Shown: piece by piece, positions 28,101 through 39,800 of the stretch | Layout of the letters: each line of letters begins with the position of its first letter | Numbering within the stretch: the first letter of the stretch is position 1 | NCBI GenBank assembly: GCA_030704615.1 | Contig: CM060733.1 | Location: forward strand, 60,760,001-60,824,000 | Reading direction: 5' to 3' | DNA length: 64,000 nt | Origin: Takakia lepidozioides | Lineage: Eukaryota > Plantae > Bryophyta | Position numbers and translations under genes: made by a program | The notes under the pieces: model-generated | The model's input: the letters and a program-made list of their open reading frames with translations, nothing else | The model's database searches: none | Told to the model about the DNA's origin: nothing

Positions 28101-30107
28101 TATGAGAGAGAATATTAGAGAGCAATAAATGCTGCTGTCTTTGCTTTGTGAGTAGGAACTACTCAATTTCAACCTCCCCGAGCCACATTTACTGTATCAC
28201 TGGCTAGGTATGGATCAGAGAAGGAGTCTCTTCATTGAGTCTCTCTGAAAATAGTCCTTACAGAATCTTCATCATTGATTCGTGCATTTTAGATTGATTG
28301 CAGGCTGCAGACCCATCCAGTTGGTTCATTTTGCAAAGCAAATTTTCTACCTGTCAAAGTAATGGTATAAAATTCACTATGCATTCCGCCCCTTAGCCGT
28401 TGTAATCTGAGCTTTCACAGGATTGGGATTGGGGCTATGGTTTGTTATTACAGGGTTTGGAAGTGAACGAGTTGCCATTAGCGCAAATTGGCCCACTATT
28501 TGAGCATCACAATATGTTCCCAGCCAGAACTAACACAGGTATGTGTGTGGCGTGATTAGTGAAGAAAGTTTTCTTTCATCTTACCCCGTTTAGCAGATGT
28601 CTCCACAAACTGGAACGTATCTTACGGGCATGTGCTGTAGGTTCTAGATAGGGTGTTGGATGACAAAAGAATTGAAAACGAGGGAAGCTCTAAGGACAAA
28701 AGGCAAAACCAGTTTTTGGGTCTGTAATCGCAGCCTGGTACAGAACGCCAGTTTTGTGCAATAAGACGTGCCAGTTTTGAAAAAGTAATTTCTCGCATAT
28801 CCTCACATTGCATTTGTTTGTGACCAGAGTTTGTGCAAATTTTGTCTCCCAAGCACCTGCGTATGCGTGTGTGGGAGCGTGGTGCAGGTAAGGCCTCATC
28901 TTTGAATGCTCTAAACGGAGTGTTTTCTTTTGAATTACTAACTTTCAGCTTTTCAATCATGGGTTTTCAAGCAATCTCTTGTAGTATAATCCCTTTCCGG
29001 AATGAATAAACGCATTTTTTCTAACATCTGGATAGACTCACGACAATTCACGTATTGCAATGAATCGAAAGCTGCCCATCGCAGCTTTTATCTCATTATG
29101 CTCTTGGGAATGGCAGGGGCTACACTAGCTTGTGGGACAGGAGCATGTGCAGTGGTTGTAGCAGCAATCTTGGAAGGTCGAGCAGAACGGGTAAGACTTG
29201 GGAGTTGTGACATTGAGTCGGATTTCATTGTTGGATGAATGGGTGGGACTCCGCAGACTCTGTCTGGAGGCTCCTATCATTCTTGCAAATCTTAACTTGT
29301 AGAGGCTGCAGAGAAAGACAGAAATTAGTTTAACAATGTCCAAGGTCAAGGGCTGAGGACATAAAATATTACTCCTCTGACCAGAGAACCAATTTTATAA
29401 TAAAAGAAAGAGAGTATCTAAGAAATAAAATTTTGTGATGGCCGCAGTGGCCATATGAGAAGAGGGGAAAAGGACACTTAGCCACAAAATAGTGTCCTGG
29501 ATTGAAGGGCCACTTACTAATCGCAAGGGGAAATATCATTATGACAATCCTTGAGGGAAATCTTGTACCCATTGAGAGAAAGCCCGCCCAGTAGTCCAAC
29601 TGCAGGGGTGGCGGATGATTGGTGGCTTGAAGTACATCCATGAAGTAACTATGGAATACTAGAGTAACCACCAAGCCACCAAGCATGTGGATGAGTACGA
29701 GGTGGAGGCAGTGCTTAAGTCGAGGAGGTTCAACAATCGAGAAACAAAGTATCTCGTGAAACTTAACTTCCCTCCGCCTCCGATTCGCCTGCCGTTCATA
29801 CCGATTCCTAGCTTTACCAAGCCCAATGCAGGAACCATGTGCTAGCAAGTTCATCTATCCTAGAAGGATAGTCCACCACCTTGCATAACACTCTTATATC
29901 ATACAGTCTCTGATAACCAGGCGTTTTCCTTGGCTTCATGTGGCAGGAGCCTCTGTTCTGGTACTAAATATGGTGTGGTTTGACTTGCAGAAATGTGTCG
30001 TTGATCTGCCTGGGGGCCCTCTTGACATTGAATGGAGAGAAAGTAATAACCATGTCTACATGACTGGACCTGCACAGGTGGTCTTTTCAGGTTCTGTCTA
30101 CCTGTAA
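25108..30107 (+). CDS. DAPF: Diaminopimelate epimerase, plastid-targeted, 10 exons, about 360 aa. Exons: 25108-25323, 25850-25900, 26184-26351, 26632-26702, 26809-26866, 27671-27853, 28454-28538, 28828-28887, 29117-29190, 29991-30107
   Basis: [91 protein letters not shown] and MTGPA. Exon 1 looks like a transit peptide. Confidence 0.95.
27230..28100 (+). repeat. Two roughly 130-bp diverged direct repeats (about 27230-27357 and 27968-28097) plus a partial copy at about 27458-27500, flanking DapF exon 6
   Basis: Shared gcc.tagccttgtggccatagaccctgca..agtttggg..gaacaa..acac.tcctttgtgagg.gctcactc..g.agt.ggact.acctt. Confidence 0.75.
29690..29761 (+). mobile_element. Chromodomain fragment, probably from a chromovirus Ty3/Gypsy integrase, in DapF intron 9
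   Basis: Translates [24 protein letters not shown], matching the chromodomain consensus YEVE.IL..R......YLVKW. Confidence 0.7.
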
Positions 30108-30659
30108 GCAGTGGTTACTTCATCTGGAGATAGTGAGTTCAACTTGGTACCTCTGTAAATCAAATGGACATGCTGGCCACATGTTTACAAGCAAGGACAG
30201 TCCTTGCATTCTCTGAGCTGCTTCCATAGTTTTGTAATGTTTGTTGGAAAGATGTATCAAGGTATTGGTTCAGGTTTATATTGGACATTGGTGTGCACAA
30301 CAGCAGATATGCACTAAATCTACCTTCAGAAAATAGAAGAGACTCAGCACTCGGCATGAGCAACCAGGATAATTGAAGGTTACTTGCATGAATGACATAT
30401 GTGGAATTAACTGACATCGGCAAATCAGATTCTGTTTCAGTATGCAAAGATATGTTTTGTTTGTGAATGCCTTCTTTTCTAATTCCTTGTCCCGATCCAA
30501 AAATGGCTATGGAACATTTGCGTGAGTGGAGCGCCGCAATCTGCAGTGAGAGAGAGGGACTCTCATGGACATATTGCTTCATCTCTCTCAAGTTTGGCAG
30601 GTTCCTACACACCCAGTATCTGCTTCTGTGCTCTCACCTAAGCAGCTTTGATAGTCCCA

Positions 30660-33416
30660 AAGCCTCCTAAGCTTTCCAAAGAACTCTCAAATGCCCAGAT
30701 CGGGTTCTTCAAAAGAGTCAAACAGATGATAATAGACCATCCAGCCATGGAAGCTACACCTCCCCTTCTTCCCTCCAGGCAGACTATGTTGTCACCTAAC
30801 AGCTTCCTTATTACAACATAAGCCTGCTCCGAAACCCATGCGCGCAAACATAAGAAAGAATTTGATTTTCAGTCTGACTCTGAATGTAGATCTACTACTT
30901 TGGTGTCCTCAATAACCACGTCATGATACTTGGTTTCTTCTATCTAGATACTCAGTTATCCCCAATATATCCACCACTACTTACATAAACCACGTAGACC
31001 TTATTGAGCTTATAATTAATAGATCTATGGTTCTTGTTTTCTTTTCTTTTAGGGCCTTGCGTCTGCGTCTGCAGAGCCCCCTAGCTAGTAATAAGCTACT
31101 AATTTAGTAAGTAAGTAATTACTTAAGTAGGAAGAGCCCGGCTCTCCTATATATTATATCCTGTGAGGGCGGTGCGACCTTTCTTGAAGCCAGCCTTCAA
31201 GTGGCAGGACCCTTGGGGGGTGGGACACGTGGCAGACCCTAATCAGGCCCACTCCCACCACTTGAGACCTGTCCCCAACTTAAGAGGTATCATCATCCCC
31301 TATTTAATAGCTATCAACTTCCTGCTGTCTTTTTTCGGACCCTTCATTTCGTTTATTAATACAGGTGGCCTTATTACATTGGCCCCCTCTTTTAACTCCT
31401 GGACCACACTAATTCTTGGACCACTCTAGAATTAACCGGGCCCGAATGAAACTGCTTTACATATACCATTCAAGAAGTGAAATCCATACACATCATTATT
31501 TCTTATTTTTTATTTTAATTTGAAAATGCAAACACCCCAGCCTGAGTCACCACTCACAAATCAGGCCCAATAAAGTAACATGGCCATAGGGCGCCAAATC
31601 ACAATGTTCAAAGGACACTGCCACAGGGAAAGGAGAAGATTCGATTATACCAAACCCGACAAGGTAGCAGGATTTGAACCCAGAACCACCCGGGTGGCAC
31701 TATCCAACTAAGCTACCCACATGTGGTTGATTACTCAAAAACTAAACATCTCTTCTTATACAAAACTGTCCAATATGTAAAGCAGTTTCATTCGGGCCCG
31801 GTTAATTCTAGAGTGGTCCAGGAATTAGCGTGGTCCAGGAGTTGAAAGAGGAGGCCAATGTAATAAGGCCACATGTATTAATTAACGAAATGAAGGGTCC
31901 GAAGAAAAGACAGCAGGAAGTTGATAGCTATTAAATAGGGGATGGTGATACCTATTAAGTTGGGAACAGGTGTCAAGTGGTGGGAGTGGGCCTGATTAGG
32001 GTCTGCCACCTGTCCCACCCCCCCTCTAGAAGAGTCCCGCCACTTGAAGGATGACTTCTAGAAAGGTCCCACCGCCCTCACATGGTATATATAGGAGAGC
32101 CGGGCTCTTCCTACTTAAGTAAGTAATTATTTACTTACTAATTTAGTAGCTTATTACTAGCTAGGGGGCTCTGCAGACGCAGGCTCCAAAATAAATAAAA
32201 ACAAGAACCATAGATCTATTAATTATAAGCTCAATAAGGTCTACATACAGATTATCGCACCATCTTGCAATCCAATATTTGTCCTGCCCGGAATAACTTG
32301 CAAAGAAGTTGCGCAATAGTTTATCAGGAACTTTCGGCAGCTGCCTCCATTCTCGAGTGGAGACATTCAATTCCAATAAACATAGAGTGCTCCGCCCAAC
32401 AACACCCCAAGTAGTCCCAGCTACCACCTTGCAGCCCTGCCTTGCCAAATACATAGCTTTTTGGTGGAAATGATGGGGCATATGTGTCCTAATCTCCGTC
32501 CAAACTCCGGTGCCAATGTTGTAAGCAAACAACTGGTAGAAGGGCGATAGTGCAATGCGTTCAGTGCCCCATGTGTAATTGTAATCCTCACTGTAGATCA
32601 TCACATACATGACGTTGCAACATTTGGTAGTGCCTGTCGTCATATTATGTCGTCCATGACATCGCTCACCTAGCGCCATGTTTCCCGTCTCATTCCACGA
32701 GTTGGAGATGGAGTCGTAGACCAAAGTTCTATGCATTTCGACTCCTTCGGTAGACTCTACTACAACCCTAATGAGCTTGTACCCTCCGGTACTGCTATCC
32801 ATCACCAATTCATTATGAAAACTCCGATCGCGATGTTCTGGCGCTTTAGGTAAGCGTCTGCCACTCTTTGAGATCGGATTGAACACGATGATGTACGAAT
32901 CCCCACGTAATGGATTCATTGCGATGGAAAACAACCCTCCATCTGTAGATTCGGAGGGCCACTTGCTCCAATTGTCGGATGTCAACAGCCCGCTGCAAGC
33001 GGCTCACCGCCGAGAGCTCTAAAGCTTTTGCAGCCGTAGGTCCAAGCTCTTGCAGGTGCTGCTGGACTGCCATGAACGGTGTAACCACAACCTAATGTCG
33101 GCATATCTTTTGTGCAAGGTCTAAGGAATGTGAGGTCTATCTGGTGCTCGTTGCACATGCCACTTGCGGATGGATATAGAACCTCCATATAGTGACCTCT
33201 GTTCTTTGCACCGCTCCCCATATAAATAAGAAGAATGGCTCTATATGATCAGACCGACTTGGTTGCGGAGATGCAGAAAACCCGAAGTTGTTGGCAGGAT
33301 CGCCATCGCTTGCACACCATCAGTAAGCGGCAAAGGTTTCTGCAAGATAAGCATGCCAACACTCTGTCCAGTAAGTCGGACAACAGCCTACTCCACACCT
33401 CACTGTCCATAACCAT
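30660..33416 (-). pseudogene. F-box/Kelch-like (beta-propeller) pseudogene, frameshifted and interrupted by the foldback element
   Basis: F-box MDSEVWSRLLSDLLDRVLACL...VCKRW at 33410. Then STDGGL...IIVFNPISKSGRRLP...YKLI...TLVYDSISNSW...LFAYNIGTGVW...REWRQL in other frames. A probable C-terminal IWAFESSL lies at about 30700, beyond the insertion (less certain). Confidence 0.8.
30997..32241. mobile_element. Non-autonomous foldback/TIR element: about 468-bp inverted arms (30997-31464, 31773-32241) and a 308-bp spacer, with TA on both sides
   Basis: TA|GACCTTATTGAGCTTATAATTAATAGATCTATGG ... CCATAGATCTATTAATTATAAGCTCAATAAGGTC|TA. The arms align throughout with scattered mismatches. Confidence 0.9.
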
Positions 33417-34085
33417 TGGTGGATCATGAGAGAGAGCCAAGTGGCCACAATCCTTGGGTAGAGCATCCTCACAGCCGTCCTATCGCGAAGCTCAAGACTT
33501 CAAGATTTTTCCGGTAGCCACAACTGTCAGTCGCACCAAAAACTCGCAATCAAGGAAGCAATTGGGAGTCTACAGAGCTTAACTAATATGCAAGGATCAA
33601 GTTTGGGTTTGCATAAATATAGCACTTGCTTGTTTACTAAATTCGCCACACACTTTTACTGGTGTTCATGCATACCAAATTTAACCCCTCGCTACTAATA
33701 AGAAAGCCAATCCAGTTTTGGTTTTAGGTCTGCCATAAAAATCTTGGCCTGTAGATCAGGCTGATCAGAAGCACTAGGCTTAACATGAATTTATCGTTGT
33801 GGATACGCCAAGTCTTTGACTGGGACTCGCGGACCTATAGTACATCAAGAGTTCCCTTTGTGGGCAGTGCAGGCCAAGTGAGAGCTTTTGGACATGAATA
33901 GGCCTATAGACAAAGGAGATACCTCCTCCGTCTATCTATAAGCACCACCAACTAATTTGATGTTTCATACTAGCATCCTTACAAATAGCAAATCTCTACA
34001 GACCGTGGTGCCATATCAGAGTCACCAAAGAGGAAGGACACAAGAAAGATGTCACCTTTGATAGCGCATAGTCATGCTTTGATTT

Positions 34086-34276
34086 GGTCGGTCGTTGGTA
34101 GCCCAGTGGTTGGGTGTTTGTGCCTTGCATGTGCATAACCTAGGTGATCCTAGGTTCAATCCTTCAACATGTGCCTTCAGACCGTCCATTGGGCCCTCGA
34201 TGGCCTGTGTGTTGAGCAGTAGGCTCTGTAAATTCACTGGACGTTAAAGAATCTTTATCTTTATCTTTATCTTTAT
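34086..34276 (+). mobile_element. tRNA-derived SINE, copy 1
   Basis: A-box TAGCCCAGTGG, B-box GGTTCAATCC, a body, and an (ATCTTT)x4 tail. A second copy lies at 44078-44235. Confidence 0.8.
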
Positions 34277-35139
34277 GGTAAGCAAGTTTGCAATTGGGAT
34301 ACTTCCGTGGAGATGGACATGGGAGGAGAGGGCAAACTGAAAAGGTGTGTGTGTACATGAAGTACACCTCGTCCTACATGCTAGTTGCAGCTTGGTCCAA
34401 CAGGGTTTTGATAAAGCATTGTTATCTTGGGTAGAAGGGTGTGGGAAATGATTTGTTTAGGAAGAAGAGACCTTCAATTGTCTCTCAAGATACAGTGTGA
34501 TGGTTGGTAGTAAATGCTACTCCTGGTAGACAAAAACTAGCACAAACCAAGCAAGTAACCTACCTTGTCTGTAGTCGCTTCTAGTTTGGCAAGCCCCCTG
34601 AATCAGCTGAGTATACATGAAAAGATTTGAGGCAATTAAACTGCACCAAGAAAGTATTGTCCTTCATGCCTCCCTCACATCGCTCAGCTCCACTTTCACA
34701 AGAGAAGCAGCTAAAAAACTGATCCCACCTAGCCATGTGAGTGGCCTGGGACTATAAAAATCCCTACAAATAACTTTTTGCAGAAAGAGACAGCAAGTAG
34801 TTAGAGAATCTCTCTTGTTGAGACACACCATCCAGAGAAATGAAGGTGAAAAGAGCATTAAACTTAATATCCACAAGTACATAACCTCCAAAAGCAAACT
34901 AGGTTCTACATGTGCTTCGTGAACCCAACTATTCCCCAATCCAATCTGCATGGGACAAAAACTTATCTTCTTTCTCCATCATCATCACATCATCACCCAC
35001 ATCTTCAACCCTACTAAGAGTAACTTGCCAATATTTCCCAACAAAGTGTTTAACAGCAACAAGTTCCGACGAAGAACTAAGCTAGCATCGAGTGTTCAAG
35101 CTCCTAACCTACACCTGATGCAAAGACTCGTGCAAATAT

Positions 35140-35262
35140 CTTTTATCTTTGTCGGATTCAATGAAAATCAATTACTCTTCGGATCACTCCTAGGAGATGG
35201 CTCACTGCGGCAGCAAATAGCTAAAGGTTACAAGAATGCAAGGTAACCCCGTTCGTCATAGC
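35140..35262 (+). pseudogene. Relic of a LAGLIDADG homing endonuclease (LAGLIDADG_2-like)
   Basis: LSLSDSMK(fs)LFGSLLGDGSL..IAKGYKNAR(fs)RHS resembles the first LAGLIDADG helix plus the NAR..FRHS strand of organellar intron-encoded endonucleases. Confidence 0.65.
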
Positions 35263-36813
35263 CACATGTAGGAGGAAAACTCTTGGTGGCTCTTCCAATA
35301 CGATGGTATTTCACACATAGCCTCTACATGTCTCTACCTCCTCTAACCATAACCACAAGATGCTCCTGCAAATTATGACCTTCGCCGTCTTAGAGAATCC
35401 GTGAGGGAAATATAATCTCATGTAGAGACATGCAGGTGTCTGGTACATGTGCACTGTCTTCTGCAAATCACTTAAGGCATCTCACCTCTCCCCACTTGCA
35501 ACACATAACCTATTAGTCTACCTGGCTGTCACACAGACTCTCAGTAGACATCCTTAGATGAAAATCTCAAATGGAGGATGCTCAACCCTATTGTGACAAG
35601 TGAGATAACCTTTGTATTTGACTTCCTAAGTAATTCCAGCAATGTTCTCAATTCCTAAGATGTAGACCACAGACAGCTTGATGGCCTATCCTGGGATATT
35701 CTAAACGGGCCAGCTATCTCAGTTGTTAGAGGTTTGACTTGTAAAGAGTTAGCTTCCACAATAGAGTAGTTATAGACACAGTTGTGCCACCTAGAAGCTC
35801 TGTTCATAAAGCAGGGCTGGGGAAAGGAATTTGCAAATGAGAGCAGTTGCTAGGTGTACTCACTCTGAAATAAAAAAAAATTGAAAGTCAACAGTCTCAA
35901 GAGTCAGGTGTCATTTGACCTCCCTTACTTGGCAGAGCTTGTTGCTCATAAATCGCTCACATGCAGCAGTGGTACAGTAAAGAGGGCAGTTGTATATCTG
36001 AGTTTCTTCGGCAGAAATTGGACCTTGTCAATTGTCTTGCTGCTGAGAAACTGAATATTGTCTTGTGGTTGTTGGTTGCACTGGTGCAGTATCTGCCATG
36101 TGAGTGTGGTTGGGTGGCCATCTCGTGTTAGGTGCCTATGGAGCCCGGACTGGAACAGCGGACCAGCCCATCAGAGAAGAACGTAACCGCTGAACCTTCG
36201 GGGCTGATCTTTACGGACACTTGCAGGTGACAAGAACTGGGCAAGCTGGTGGTTTCAAGAAGCTAGTGATTCGTGAAGAAGGGGGCAGTGTGCGACAAGA
36301 AAAAGAAGCATGCCTGAATTGAGGAGAAGGACAGATGATTTGGACAGAGGGCCTGAGATCTGAATAGGATGTGTGATATGTGCATAGAGGAGATGAGAAT
36401 ATATCATGGTGTGGCGGTTGGGTGGACCGGAGGAGTAATCCGGTACTGTGCTGTCAAGAATAGATAAGGTAGAGATGAGCGGTGGGTTTTCTTGCTGACT
36501 GAAATCAGAACGTGATGCCTTCTCTACCTAGAGTGTACAAGCTGTGAATAGAGTTCTAATCAGGTTTATACTGGGCTTGAACTGACCGGAACCCCTGTGA
36601 TAGTGAGGGAGTGTCTTACACTGGCGTTGATTTTCCCTGTTGAATATAATCAAGTGGATAGCTCCTTCCTTTGAGCTTTTGGAATGAGATCAAATGTATG
36701 TGACGTCATGTTATAAAACTGAGAACTGGTTGGATGGAACTGGTGCTATTGTTGAGAACTGGGCAGAACGTGTAGAAGTGTTAGGGTTGAAATAAAGACA
36801 CAGCAGTGATAAG

Positions 36814-39800
36814 TGGTATCAGAACGCGATTCAGCGATCGGGGAGAGCAGATCGTGGAATTTTGAAATTTCCATAAATATTCAGAGGAAGCCAAGATACA
36901 GACAGCTGCGTGCAGCTCCGTGATGCCGCCAAGCTATGGTGGTCGCGCCAGAAACAGGAACGTCGTGAACACAAGAAACCACCTGTGGATAGTTGGGCTA
37001 TGTTTAAGACACGAGCCCGAGTCACAATCCTCTGTGCCCTTATCTCACTTTCAAAGTTACAAGCCAAGCGATAGGCCTCTGCTTCTGTTCGAGGATTGTG
37101 GGCCTTGACTTTATATTTAAGGGAATCATTCAGGCCATCCACAAAGAAATCAACCCTGTCTTCTTCACTCAGGGAAGGAAAGTAGCTTGCGTGGGTTTCA
37201 AATCTAGTTTTGAATTCACCAACACTCAAGGTCTCTTGTTTCAACCTGAACAGTTCCACTTTCATCTTGTGTGCATAGTCGCCAGGTAGGTAGTGGGCTA
37301 AGAATTTAAGCCAGTTGCAACGCCATCTTGGCAACCAACTAAGAAAAAGGGGAACTGGAAAAGGTTCAAGCCCTATAACAAGAGGCAGGATGGCTCGAAT
37401 AGTCGAAGGCCATCGCAGGTGGCTGAAGCCCCTGCACGGCTCAGTGCCAAGGAACATGAAGAGCATATGCGCAAATGATTGTGTTTTATCTGCCATGAGT
37501 GGGGTCACGGGGCTAGAGAATGTCCTAAGCGTCAGGCTTGGCAGGCAGCCACAGTGACGGTTCAGAAACCAGCCGAACCTTTGACCATAACTGAAGTGAC
37601 CGATGAAGGGCCAAGTCAGGAAAAAAAAAAAAAAAAACTCATATTCGGGTTTCAACAGCAGTTGTTGAGGATCAGGTGGCCTACAATCCTAATGTCATTC
37701 GGGTTTATGGCAAGGTAGCTAGATTTGCCACCCAGGTGTTGATAGACACTGGAAGCACTCACAATTTGTTATCCAAGAACTTTGCTGACAACCTGAACCT
37801 GGCTCAAGAAGTTGTGCAGCCTTCCCACATTCTGCTACCCAACGGCGGTGTGGAGTTTACGCACAGACATCTGTCAGACGTGCCAATGATCCTGCAAGGT
37901 GTACACACGACAGCAGATTCGAGGTTTGGGATGGAGCTCGGTACGACTGCATCCTCGGTATGCAGTGGCTGGATCCAGTGGATGCGGTGGTAGCCTGCAA
38001 GCTCGGAACGGCCAGTGGGACTTTGCCAAATGGAGAGGCATTCAATCTTAAAGGTACCAGGGCCCTTCCTAATGTCCCAGTCTTGTCAGCCTTGCAGATA
38101 AAGAGGTACATTCGTAAAGGGGACGCGCAGCTTTTTGCCGTTGGCGTGCATGAACCATCATGAATAGAGTGTGTGAAAAATTCACATCCTAGACTTGATG
38201 TACTGATGCATGAATATGTTGATATGTTTCCTGTTGAACTTCCTGGAATGCCCCCTGAGTGAGAGGTTGATCATGCTATTGAACTAGTGACGGATGTTGT
38301 ACCGGTTGCAAAGGCGCCATACAGACATTCAATCGCAGAGAATGAGGAATTAGAAAGACAATTGAATGATTTGCTTGAGAAAGTGGTTTTGGGTCCAAAT
38401 GAATTATGTTCGCTCCCAAATTTGGCACGCACGTTGCATATGGCTACATTACATGCCCCATTAAAAAACGAAATGAAAAAAAAATCGTGAGCACGCGAAA
38501 CACAGTCCAACAGGTCCCAAAGCAATAGCAGATCCAGCGGAATACATTCAACGGGTGAACGGATGGTTGCCCCATCCAAATCATTTTTGTTTGCTTCCAA
38601 ACTTTGCCAGTACGTTTGACACACCCTCTCACAGGTCCCGGACTAATATCAGATCAATCGAAATTCATTCAATGGCTCAACGGATGGTTGGCCATCGAGA
38701 TGATTTTGGTTCGCTTTCCGACTTGGCCAGTATGTTCAATGTACCATGGAAGAGGCCCCAGAGTAATATGAGATCAACCAAAATTCGTTCAATGGGCCGT
38801 CGTAAATCACCCTGGGGTGCTCCAGTGATGTTCAAGAAAAAGAAAGATGGGAGTCTGAGGTTATGTGTTGATCATATGGTTGAACAAGTTCACCATCAAG
38901 AATAAGTTTCATCTGCCTCGTGTAGACGACCTGTTTGACCATCTGTATGGGAGTCAAGTTTTTTCAAAGCTTGATCTCCGATCTGGATATCACCAGATAC
39001 GAATCAAGGATTCTGACATACCGAAGACCGGATTTCGATCCCGCTTTGGTCATTACGAATTCTTGGTGATGCCATTTGGGCTCACGAATGCTCCAACAAT
39101 ATTCACGCATCTAATGAATTCCCTGTTTCAAAAGTATTTAGGAAGGATGGTCTTGGTCTACATGGATGACATACTGATATACTCGAAGACCAAAGAAGAG
39201 CACGAACTGCATTTACGTGTGGTATTAGACATACTGAGAGAGAACCATCTGTTTGCTAAGAGAAGCAAGTGTGAGTTCTTTGTGGACCACATGGATTACT
39301 TGGGATTTTGCATCTCCAAAGATGGAATCTCGATTGATCCCAAGAAAGTCCAGACAGTGGCTGAGTGGACTAAGCCAAGTGATAAGACAGAGGTCAGGAG
39401 CTTTATTGGATTTTCCAGCTTCCTGCGGAAGTTTGTCAAGTCTTTTTCACAAATTGCAGCTCCGTTGACAGACTTACTTAAGGACTCAAGTCCTGTAAGC
39501 TTGAGAGATGTCTGGACAGTAGAATGTGATAACAGTTTTGAAAAATTGAAATTTGCTTTGACTCACGCTCCTGTATTGAAATTGCTTGACCCTACCAAGG
39601 GAGCAATTGTGCTTTGTACTGATGCAAGTGATCTTGCTATCGGGGCTGTGTTGATGCAAGATGGGCATGTGATTGCATATGAATCTCGAAAGGTCAGTCC
39701 AACAGAGAAGAATTACCCGACTCATGAGAAGGAATTGTTGGCAATAGTTCATGCCTTAAAGATATGGAGGCATTATCTGCTTCCAATTGATTTTGTAATA

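Noticed and set aside
31664-31718. Functional tRNA genes at 31664-31718, 34086-34160 and 42715-42776
   Set aside because: A/B boxes are present, but no complete cloverleaf can be drawn and all lie within repeats.
36831-37655. 274-aa minus-strand ORF as an antisense gene
   Set aside because: Explained by the inverted gag segment plus read-through of flanking antisense sequence.
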